This document shows, one piece after another, positions 16,954 through 24,428 of a stretch of DNA of 64,000 bases; position 1 is the first letter of the stretch, and each line of letters starts with the position of its first letter. This stretch comes from a virus. Its lineage: Duplodnaviria > Caudoviricetes. The stretch spans positions 1 through 64,000 of the IMG/VR virus record IMGVR_UViG_2706796142_000001; one strand, written 5' to 3'. The translations under genes and the position numbers were made by a program. Below the pieces are notes generated by a model. It was not told the DNA's origin, did no database searches, and saw only the letters and a list, made by a program, of their open reading frames with translations.

Positions 16954-18048
16954 ATGGAATTTGATCCAGTAGAGCTGAATAAGCTCTTAGACCGGACAAA
17001 AGCAGCAGTCTTCATGGGGGACAATGCTCCATTTCTGGGGTCTGTGATGTGCTCATTACTGTACGCGTGGAGTACGGATATCCCTACTGCTCAGGTGGAT
17101 GGTACGTGCATGACGTGGAATCCAGAGTGGTTCCTGAAATTGCCTGTCCAAACCCGTAAAACTGTGTTTGTGCATGAACTATGGCATGTTGCCAGATTGC
17201 ACATTCCACGCTGTGGGAAACGTAATTCAAAAGTCTGGAACTGGGCCTGTGATATCCGAATCAATAATGATCTGGAAGATGCAGGCTACACGTTTGAAGG
17301 AACTTCACCGTGGAAAGATCAGGCATACAGTGGCTGGGTTGAGGAGGATATCTATGATGACCTCATAGCTAAAGGTATGGAGCCACCTCCGGGGCCGGAA
17401 GATCTAATCTACGGTGCAGATGAAAAAGCTCTGATTAACATCGTGATCCAAGCAACCCACCAAGCTCGTCTTGGTCATGGCACTGTGCCGGGTGGCGTGG
17501 AAGAGACGATCAAAGCCTTTTTGACTCCTATCGTACCATGGGAAACTTATCTGTATAAATGGATGAGCGATTTGTGTGATACCAACCGATCATGGGCCAG
17601 ACCCAACAGAAGGTATCAGCATATCTATTTGCCCCATCGTCGAAAAGATGAGGGCAGGCTGACACATCTGATGTACTTCCTTGATGTTTCTGGTTCCATT
17701 ACCCGGAAACAAATTGAGCGTTTTAACTCGGAAGTGAAATACATCAAGGACACATACAATCCAGCGAAGCTGACCATTGTACTGTTCGATGTGACTATCC
17801 GTGATGTACAGGTCTGGACGGACAGCGATCCGTTTGATGAGCTGGTAGTGACTGGTCGAGGTGGTACAAGCCTGCACTGTGTGAAGGATTATATCGACGA
17901 GCATCGGCCTACTGCTGCAATCATTTTCACCGATCTTAAAGTGACACCAATGGAACCACTGATGTATGACATTCCCCTGTTGTGGGTATGTATCAACAAC
18001 TTCAGTGCCGAGGTGCCATTCGGAGAAATCATCCATATCAGGAGTTAA
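16954..18048 (+). CDS. Metallopeptidase-VWA domain protein (N4 gp25-like)
   Basis: HELWH (HExxH), MIDAS DVSGS, GRGGT, IIFTD. Confidence 0.88.
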   Translation: MEFDPVELNKLLDRTKAAVFMGDNAPFLGSVMCSLLYAWSTDIPTAQVDGTCMTWNPEWFLKLPVQTRKTVFVHELWHVARLHIPRCGKRNSKVWNWACDIRINNDLEDAGYTFEGTSPWKDQAYSGWVEEDIYDDLIAKGMEPPPGPEDLIYGADEKALINIVIQATHQARLGHGTVPGGVEETIKAFLTPIVPWETYLYKWMSDLCDTNRSWARPNRRYQHIYLPHRRKDEGRLTHLMYFLDVSGSITRKQIERFNSEVKYIKDTYNPAKLTIVLFDVTIRDVQVWTDSDPFDELVVTGRGGTSLHCVKDYIDEHRPTAAIIFTDLKVTPMEPLMYDIPLLWVCINNFSAEVPFGEIIHIRS

Positions 18049-18049
18049 C

Positions 18050-18562
18050 ATGATCGTAAATGCTGGAGCACTTCTGCATAAAGCACCCATTGCTGACATG
18101 GCAGAAACCAAGCTGATTGAGCACGGCGTATCCTACGGCTTATCCGAAGCTGGGTACGATATTCGTATCAAACAGGATATTACGTTTTCACCTGCAAATG
18201 ATAAATACCAAATCACTGTGAGTGAGATCGTTGGTGATACCAACCAGGTTCACTTCCAGAAAGGACGATTCACACTGGCATCAGCAATGGAGTTATTCCA
18301 GATGCCTGATGATCTGCTGGGCGTAGTACATGATAAATCAACGTGGGCCAGACATGGCCTGTCCGTGTTCAATACCGTTATTGAGCCGGGCTGGCATGGC
18401 TACCTAACGTTGGAACTTGTGTACAGCGGGCAGAAGGAATTATTCATTCCTGCTGGTGCCGGTATCGCACAAGTGCTCTTTCATGAAGTCATGGTGCGAA
18501 GCCACTATGACGGTAAATATCAGAACCAAGAGGATAAGCCCATTCCTCCTCGGATGGTCTAA
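18050..18562 (+). CDS. dcd: dCTP deaminase
   Basis: GYDIR, DKSTWAR.G, NTVIEPGW.G.LTLEL, IAQVLF, YDGKYQNQ; start moved to ATG 18050. Confidence 0.9.
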   Translation: MIVNAGALLHKAPIADMAETKLIEHGVSYGLSEAGYDIRIKQDITFSPANDKYQITVSEIVGDTNQVHFQKGRFTLASAMELFQMPDDLLGVVHDKSTWARHGLSVFNTVIEPGWHGYLTLELVYSGQKELFIPAGAGIAQVLFHEVMVRSHYDGKYQNQEDKPIPPRMV

Positions 18563-18569
18563 TCATCCA

Positions 18570-18586
18570 TTTTTTGGTTTTAATCC
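18570..18586 (+). promoter_or_regulatory. Degenerate T6-GGTT motif copy
   Basis: TTTTTTGGTTTTAATCC. Confidence 0.4.
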
Positions 18587-18617
18587 CTTTTCATTCACTT
18601 AAATAAGCGAGTAATAA

Positions 18618-18842
18618 ATGTCCCTGATTAAATTAACTGTAGCGAATTCTGGTCTGCGTCTGGAAGTAAACGCAAAGCACGTTGTATTCATCCGTGATAA
18701 CGGTGAGAGCACTAATACCACTGTTGGCCTGTCAACTGGCGAAAGCGTTGATGTTAAAGAGTCCGGTCGTTCTGTCCGTGGCTATGTAAAAAAAGCTCTC
18801 GCTCCTGTCGGCGTTGCTGCTGCACCAGAAGTAGCTGAGTAA
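18618..18842 (+). CDS. FlbD/SwrD-like small protein
   Basis: IKLT..N.G....VNA..V..I......T.V.LSTG..V.VKES pattern. Confidence 0.6.
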   Translation: MSLIKLTVANSGLRLEVNAKHVVFIRDNGESTNTTVGLSTGESVDVKESGRSVRGYVKKALAPVGVAAAPEVAE

Positions 18843-18904
18843 TTTCGGGTAGGGCAGATATAATGTCTGCCCAATCTCTCCACTGAAACAAACAAAGAGG
18901 CTCT

Positions 18905-19699
18905 ATGTTACGTGCTCCCCTCAAATGGGTAGGCGGTAAAACACGCATTATCGACAGACTGAAAGAGCATTTCCCGGCAGGAAATCGTCTGGTAGAACCC
19001 TTTGCTGGTTCCGGTGCTGTCATGCTGAATACCGACTTTCCTCGCTATTTAATGGGTGATATCAATCCCGATTTGATGAACTTCCACATCGATGTAAGGG
19101 ATAATACTGAGGAGTTATTGGATCATGCCAAATGGTTCTTTAGTACGGGTAATCATGAAAACATTTATTATCGTTATCGGGCTGAGTTTAACCAGCTCAC
19201 TACTCCTACTGTTTATCGCTCTGCACTATTCCTCTTTCTGAATCGTCACTGCTTTAACGGCCTCTGCCGTTACAATGCAAAGGGCGAGTTCAACGTACCG
19301 TATGGTCGTTACCCATCTCCGTATTTACCGGAGAAAGAGATAATGGTATTTGCTGACAAAGCTCACTCTGCTCGCTTCGTAACACAAAGCTGGCTGGACA
19401 CTTTGAAGCAGGTAAAGCACGGTGATGTTGTGTATCTGGATCCTCCGTATATACCAACCAGTGCTACTGCAAACTTCACAGCATATGCCAAAGAGCCATT
19501 CAATTTGACTCATCAAAGAGAACTGGCTGAAGCATTATTTGATCTGGGTAGCTACGGCATTCCGGTCATTGCTTCAAACTCCAATACTCCATTGGCAGTA
19601 GATCTTTACTCAAAATTTAAAGTAGAGAATATATACGCACCACGTTCTGTGGGCGGTGCTGCCGTGGCAAAAGAAATAATTGCTAAATTAAATTGCTGA
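18905..19699 (+). CDS. dam: DNA adenine methyltransferase (Dam, D12 class)
   Basis: KWVGGK, EPFAGSG, FNGLCRYN..G.FNVPYG, YLDPPY. Confidence 0.92.
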   Translation: MLRAPLKWVGGKTRIIDRLKEHFPAGNRLVEPFAGSGAVMLNTDFPRYLMGDINPDLMNFHIDVRDNTEELLDHAKWFFSTGNHENIYYRYRAEFNQLTTPTVYRSALFLFLNRHCFNGLCRYNAKGEFNVPYGRYPSPYLPEKEIMVFADKAHSARFVTQSWLDTLKQVKHGDVVYLDPPYIPTSATANFTAYAKEPFNLTHQRELAEALFDLGSYGIPVIASNSNTPLAVDLYSKFKVENIYAPRSVGGAAVAKEIIAKLNC

Positions 19700-19706
19700 G
19701 GTATCC

Positions 19707-20093
19707 ATGAGTGCCGAAGAGTTAGGGAAATCAATTCACGAAACCATTGAGTCAGGCTCCAGCGTAATGATGGTGCATATCGATGGTGAGTTTCGTCATG
19801 TGACCAAAGAAGAGTTTTATGAACGTATCTTCGGCGCAATGACAGAGAGACAGCGTATCTTTTTAAAGATGCTTGAAGCTGATTTCAGCAGTCTGGAAGA
19901 GAGAATCGCTGCTGTATGCTGTGATCGCAGTCGCAATAAAATATCCGGCTATGGCATTAAGGAGATCATCCTTGATGAATTAGCTGAAGAACCCGAAGCG
20001 GTTCCGAACAAACCCAACATCAAAACAAACAAGCGATCCAAGGGGAAAGGGCATCCGTTGCCATTCTACCTTGGCTCCAAAAGGCGGTATTAA
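19707..20093 (+). CDS. Hypothetical protein
   Basis: GAGG RBS. Confidence 0.65.
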   Translation: MSAEELGKSIHETIESGSSVMMVHIDGEFRHVTKEEFYERIFGAMTERQRIFLKMLEADFSSLEERIAAVCCDRSRNKISGYGIKEIILDELAEEPEAVPNKPNIKTNKRSKGKGHPLPFYLGSKRRY

Positions 20094-20353
20094 TGGACAT
20101 GGTATCTTTAGCGTTATCCGGTACTCAGGAACGTGGCAACACGGATCGAGAGTTCCATATCAGTATCACTCTTATCGGGCTGGCTAAACCTTTGCGTGGT
20201 GTCGTGGATGCTGACTCACATCCTCATGTAGCTTTCCGGGAATATGAACTTTCCCGTAACGGTTCATGGGTTGCTGTCGAAGCTCCACCTCGCTACATTC
20301 TGCGTGAAGGCATCACCTCTGCACAGATTCTGTATCTTGATGGAGTCCCGTAA
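20093..20353 (+). CDS. Hypothetical protein
   Basis: TAATG-coupled ORF. Confidence 0.65.
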   Translation: MDMVSLALSGTQERGNTDREFHISITLIGLAKPLRGVVDADSHPHVAFREYELSRNGSWVAVEAPPRYILREGITSAQILYLDGVP

Positions 20354-20354
20354 T

Positions 20355-20582
20355 ATGGACGGAGAATTGGCTGACCTGCAACAACAGTATATGGATCTGG
20401 AGATTCACCAGATCTGGGCAACTTTAGTCATTGCTGTTGTTCTGTCTGTTCATCCAGAAAGCGATTTCTGGTTCTGGCTCAATACCTTCATAGGCACTGG
20501 TAGTGCTCTGTTTGGTATCTGGGCTTTTATTAAATCACGCAAAGTGAAGAGTAAAATCTATGCTCTGATCTCTGGGGGCTAA
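20355..20582 (+). CDS. Small two-TM membrane protein
   Basis: Start moved to ATG 20355; two hydrophobic helices, basic C-terminus. Confidence 0.6.
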   Translation: MDGELADLQQQYMDLEIHQIWATLVIAVVLSVHPESDFWFWLNTFIGTGSALFGIWAFIKSRKVKSKIYALISGG

Positions 20583-20759
20583 ATGGCAACTGTTAACGCC
20601 ACTACTGAGCAATATGTAACGCTGGTTGTTACATTGAGCCAAGAAGAAGCAAGAACCTTGCAGGCGATGATGCAAAACCCTGAAGAGGATGATACAGAAA
20701 TTGCTATCAACCTTCGGCATAGCCTCTTTGCTGAGTTAAAAAAGGCGGGTATTAAATGA
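20583..20759 (+). CDS. Small hypothetical protein (58 aa, not in ORF track)
   Basis: Hand-translated MATVNATTEQ...KKAGIK; fills the gap exactly, ATGA overlap with thyX. Confidence 0.65.
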   Translation: MATVNATTEQYVTLVVTLSQEEARTLQAMMQNPEEDDTEIAINLRHSLFAELKKAGIK

Positions 20760-21700
20760 CGATCTCTGTAAGGGTAATCGCGGATAGTATCAACGAGTTT
20801 GGGAATCGTATTACGACTTTCCAGCTTCGCTATCCTCGCTTTATCCACGCTGAGTTAATGACTCATCGTAAATTCAGCCGTAATGCTTCCAGCAGCCGGG
20901 CTATTCCCGTTAAGCGTATCATCGCTGACATTAAGGAAGACCCGGCGATCCCGCTTCACTGGGGAAAGAATCAGCCGGGTATGCAAGCTCATGATGAACT
21001 CGACGATAAGGTTATCATCCCTCTGGGGTTAACTGACTCTATCGAAGTGGACAAAGAGCAGGCATGGCTTACTGCCCGTGACCGTGTGATCAAAATTGCC
21101 GAAGGTTTCGACAATGCAGGCTATCACAAGCAGATCGTTAATCGTTTGCTTGAGCCGTGGTCACATATCAACGTGCTGGTGACTTCCACTGAGTTCAACA
21201 ACTTCTATCACCTGCGTTGTCATCCTGATGCACAACCAGAGATTGAAGTGCTCGCTACGCAGATGCGGCTGGCAGCTCAAAACAGCAAGCCTGTCTTACT
21301 GGCTCCGGGTGAATGGCATCTGCCATACATCAAGAATTCTGCGGATTGGGCAGAAGCACACCTGTTCCTGAAGAAAGGTCGAATCACTCGTGATGAACCA
21401 AGTAAGAAGGAAGTTCAGGAGCTGCTGCTGAAAGTCTCTGTTGCTCGTTGTGCTCGTGTCAGTTATCTGCTGCACAGTGGTCGTCAGACTACCGTGGATG
21501 AAGACCTGATTCTGTATGCCAAGCTGCTGGGGTCTGCTCCGTTACACGCTTCACCTGCTGAACATCAGGCAACGCCTGATACTAAGTCGTATTCAAATGA
21601 TTACGGTGGTGAGCTGTGGGATAACGAATCCCTGCATGGAAACTTTACTGGCTGGAACCAATACCGTAAGACATTGCCTTACGAAAACGTTCCCGGCTAA
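20756..21700 (+). CDS. thyX: Flavin-dependent thymidylate synthase
   Basis: ELMTHRKFSRNASSSRAIP, ARCARVSY, HASPAEH. Confidence 0.88.
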   Translation: MTISVRVIADSINEFGNRITTFQLRYPRFIHAELMTHRKFSRNASSSRAIPVKRIIADIKEDPAIPLHWGKNQPGMQAHDELDDKVIIPLGLTDSIEVDKEQAWLTARDRVIKIAEGFDNAGYHKQIVNRLLEPWSHINVLVTSTEFNNFYHLRCHPDAQPEIEVLATQMRLAAQNSKPVLLAPGEWHLPYIKNSADWAEAHLFLKKGRITRDEPSKKEVQELLLKVSVARCARVSYLLHSGRQTTVDEDLILYAKLLGSAPLHASPAEHQATPDTKSYSNDYGGELWDNESLHGNFTGWNQYRKTLPYENVPG

Positions 21701-21706
21701 CCCATA

Positions 21707-21765
21707 GGGGGGCTTCTCTTAAAACCTCGCAGGTGATCAGGAGACTGATCAAGAGAAGTCACCCC
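21707..21765 (+). ncRNA. Predicted structured RNA element (3-way junction)
   Basis: GGCTTCTCTT/AAGAGAAGTC stem enclosing ACCT-CGC-AGGT and GATCAG-GAGA-CTGATC. Confidence 0.45.
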
Positions 21766-21789
21766 ACCTTTTTGCTGTGTGTAGTCTTT

Positions 21790-21813
21790 GCCCATCGTAA
21801 GGTGGGCTTTTTT
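21790..21813 (+). terminator. Rho-independent terminator
   Basis: GCCCATC-GTAA-GGTGGGC plus T6. Confidence 0.8.
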
Positions 21814-21821
21814 ATGGTGTC

Positions 21822-21905
21822 TTTATCGAGGGGATCTCTGAGGCAAACTCAGCTAGATCACGGTGCCTCCGTAGTATGGCATGGGGCGGAGATCCCCACG
21901 ATAAA
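21822..21905 (+). ncRNA. Predicted structured RNA element upstream of rIIA
   Basis: TTTATCG/CGATAAA plus GGGGATCTC/GAGATCCCC stem enclosing TGAG-GCAAA-CTCA and a second hairpin. Confidence 0.5.
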
Positions 21906-21938
21906 CTCATCAACCTACCCAAAAATCCGAGGTAAACA

Positions 21939-24428
21939 ATGCAAGTATCCGATAGTGCAAAAGGGGCTAGTTCAGCCACTTTAGGTGCTCAACCAACCCG
22001 TAATGTTGCTATGGTTCAGGATGCCAGCTTCTTAATGATGCTGTCCTCTAACCTGTATTCCAACCAAACTCTGGCCTGTATCCGTGAACCACTGTGTAAT
22101 GCATGGGATGCTCACATCGATGCAGGTACTACCGATTTACCAATCCGTATCACGATCACTGAAGACCATGAGTTAATCATAGCAGACAGTGGGCTGGGCA
22201 TTCCCGATGATAAGATCGAGGCTGTCTACGGTACGTATGGTGCCTCTACCAAAAAGAACGACAGCAAGACAACTGGTGGCTTCGGTCTGGGTAGTAAGGC
22301 TCCGTGGGCTTATGTAGAAACCTTCCGTGTGATCTCTGAAAACAACGGGATTAAAACCGTTTACAACATGGAGAAATCCACTGTTGAAAACGAAGGTATG
22401 CCGGGTATTACTCCGGTCATGTCTATTCCTACTGATCGCAGTGGTCTGACAGTTCAGTTCCGTCTGAACGAGGAAGACGTGGAAGAGGTGGTTCGCTACA
22501 TCAAAGCAATCACACTGCACGGTGATATGAATGTCATTTTTGACAATCAGTTATCCGGCGAAGGTGAACAAGTTCTGCCTAAGCTGAACCTCGAACCAGT
22601 AGTGGGGAACTATCTCGTTGGTGGTGACGCCTATGAGAACTGGTACTTCCGTTACATGGGCAAGTCCACCATCTTCATTCGTTACGGTGCCGTGGTCTAT
22701 CCAATTCTGGAAACCGTTAAAACTGAGAAAGCTGTCAGCCTGCTCAGGGAATTCATGACGATGGTAGGCTTCCAGCGTCTTCTGGTTCAGGCTGCTCCAG
22801 ATACTCTGGCACTGACTCCGAACCGTGAAGCGTTGTCCAGTAACCGTATGACTGAGGACGGTATCACCGATCTGTGTGTGGCCCTCGTGAATCGCATTGA
22901 GGAGGATCTGATTGCTGCTATTCCCACTGCTGTAGCAAATACAGAACGTATGCTACGTAAGGGTATGGATGGGTCTACCGTGGATAGCCGTATTAATCCA
23001 TGGAGTCATATTCGTCCTGATGCAGTTAGTCGTTACCTTAACTGCTCAGTGGGTAGGCCATTCATGACTAAGTATGATCGTCACCTGAGACATGCTGAAC
23101 ATGCTGGCTTTAAGAAGATGCATCGGTTCAATAATGCCAAGGCAACTAGTGAGTTTCATAAGCTGCGTAATCGTAATAAAAATCGTCGTCATTACGTGAG
23201 TATGCCTGATTTGCGGATCGGCTTTGCTAAACGTTTCATCATGAAACCACTGGCTAAAGTTTTCTTAGATAATCCGAAAATCCTCAAGCCTAAAAACCTG
23301 ATGTTCTCTGAAGAAGAATACTGGGGTCGTAAGATCCACAAGAAAGATATCCTTAGTACTCACATACGGGGTACAAAGTTCAACAATCTGAAGGTGCTGA
23401 TCGACAGACCAACAGTCTTTATTGCTTCCAACATGTCCTGTCTGGATGACAGTATTAATGACTGCCCACTCATCGATAAGAAGGATTCTGTCTGGATCTA
23501 TCGTGTGAATAACCTCGACAAGAACCGTAAGGAAATTGTCAAAGCATTTCAGGATGCTGGTTATCAGGCAATTGATCTGGGTGACAACCACAGTTGGGAT
23601 GGCCCAGCTCAAGCCCGTAAAATGGCCAGAGATGAGAAAGCTGCAATTAAAGCTGCACAAATTGCTGCTGGTAAAAAACCAAAAGTGAAGGTAAAGAACA
23701 GCCTGCTGTCTATCAGTAACGTCTATGTTAATCGTACTAAGCGTCTAACTACTGATGCTATCCGTGGCTTACCACAGACGGCCTCTAAGACCGATAAACC
23801 ATTGTTCTATGCTGAGATCCGCGACTGCAACAGCAATGGCACTATCGGGCATTACACGCATATTCTCGACTTGAGCCAAGAAGAGAAAGAGCATGGCGTG
23901 ATTGCTCGTACTGGTACGGAAGTCAACATGGCGAAGAAACGTGGTGCAGTCCATGTTAATGCCTACTTCAAGGATCGTTTCATTGAACGTGTCTTCAGTG
24001 AAGAATACAAAACTTACATGACGAAAGAACGTAAGGTGGGTATCGCTGAGGACTTATGTATTAGGTCAGTGGACATGAGACTGTTCAGATTACTTGGCAT
24101 TAAAATGCCGGGGCTGGACAAACTGAAGTACGATCCTTCTATGGAACGTCTCCATCAGATGATCGATGGCATGTGGACTCATCTACGCTATACGCTGTTG
24201 AGTGATGATCCTGTTAAAAAGGATTTACTCGACGATGTGGTTCTGAAATACCAGCTCCTCCCTACTCCAACAACTGAGAAGTTGATGATTCTCCAGACTG
24301 ACAAAATCTTGAATAAGTTGGGGAATGGTAAGGGTGTTATGGAGTTAATCCAACGTTATCCAGAGCGCAAAGCAGCTCTGAAATCCCTTGTTTTAATCGC
24401 GATCAAAACTGGAATAAAGAAACCATGA
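21939..24428 (+). CDS. rIIA: rIIA-like protein
   Basis: N-terminal GHKL ATPase (IREPLCNAWDAH, DSGLGI, GGFGLGSK); paired with rIIB. Confidence 0.9.
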   Translation: MQVSDSAKGASSATLGAQPTRNVAMVQDASFLMMLSSNLYSNQTLACIREPLCNAWDAHIDAGTTDLPIRITITEDHELIIADSGLGIPDDKIEAVYGTYGASTKKNDSKTTGGFGLGSKAPWAYVETFRVISENNGIKTVYNMEKSTVENEGMPGITPVMSIPTDRSGLTVQFRLNEEDVEEVVRYIKAITLHGDMNVIFDNQLSGEGEQVLPKLNLEPVVGNYLVGGDAYENWYFRYMGKSTIFIRYGAVVYPILETVKTEKAVSLLREFMTMVGFQRLLVQAAPDTLALTPNREALSSNRMTEDGITDLCVALVNRIEEDLIAAIPTAVANTERMLRKGMDGSTVDSRINPWSHIRPDAVSRYLNCSVGRPFMTKYDRHLRHAEHAGFKKMHRFNNAKATSEFHKLRNRNKNRRHYVSMPDLRIGFAKRFIMKPLAKVFLDNPKILKPKNLMFSEEEYWGRKIHKKDILSTHIRGTKFNNLKVLIDRPTVFIASNMSCLDDSINDCPLIDKKDSVWIYRVNNLDKNRKEIVKAFQDAGYQAIDLGDNHSWDGPAQARKMARDEKAAIKAAQIAAGKKPKVKVKNSLLSISNVYVNRTKRLTTDAIRGLPQTASKTDKPLFYAEIRDCNSNGTIGHYTHILDLSQEEKEHGVIARTGTEVNMAKKRGAVHVNAYFKDRFIERVFSEEYKTYMTKERKVGIAEDLCIRSVDMRLFRLLGIKMPGLDKLKYDPSMERLHQMIDGMWTHLRYTLLSDDPVKKDLLDDVVLKYQLLPTPTTEKLMILQTDKILNKLGNGKGVMELIQRYPERKAALKSLVLIAIKTGIKKP

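Noticed and set aside
21733-21984. 83-aa ORF in the thyX-rIIA gap
   Set aside because: Crosses a terminator and dense RNA stems, has no RBS, and overlaps the rIIA start out of frame
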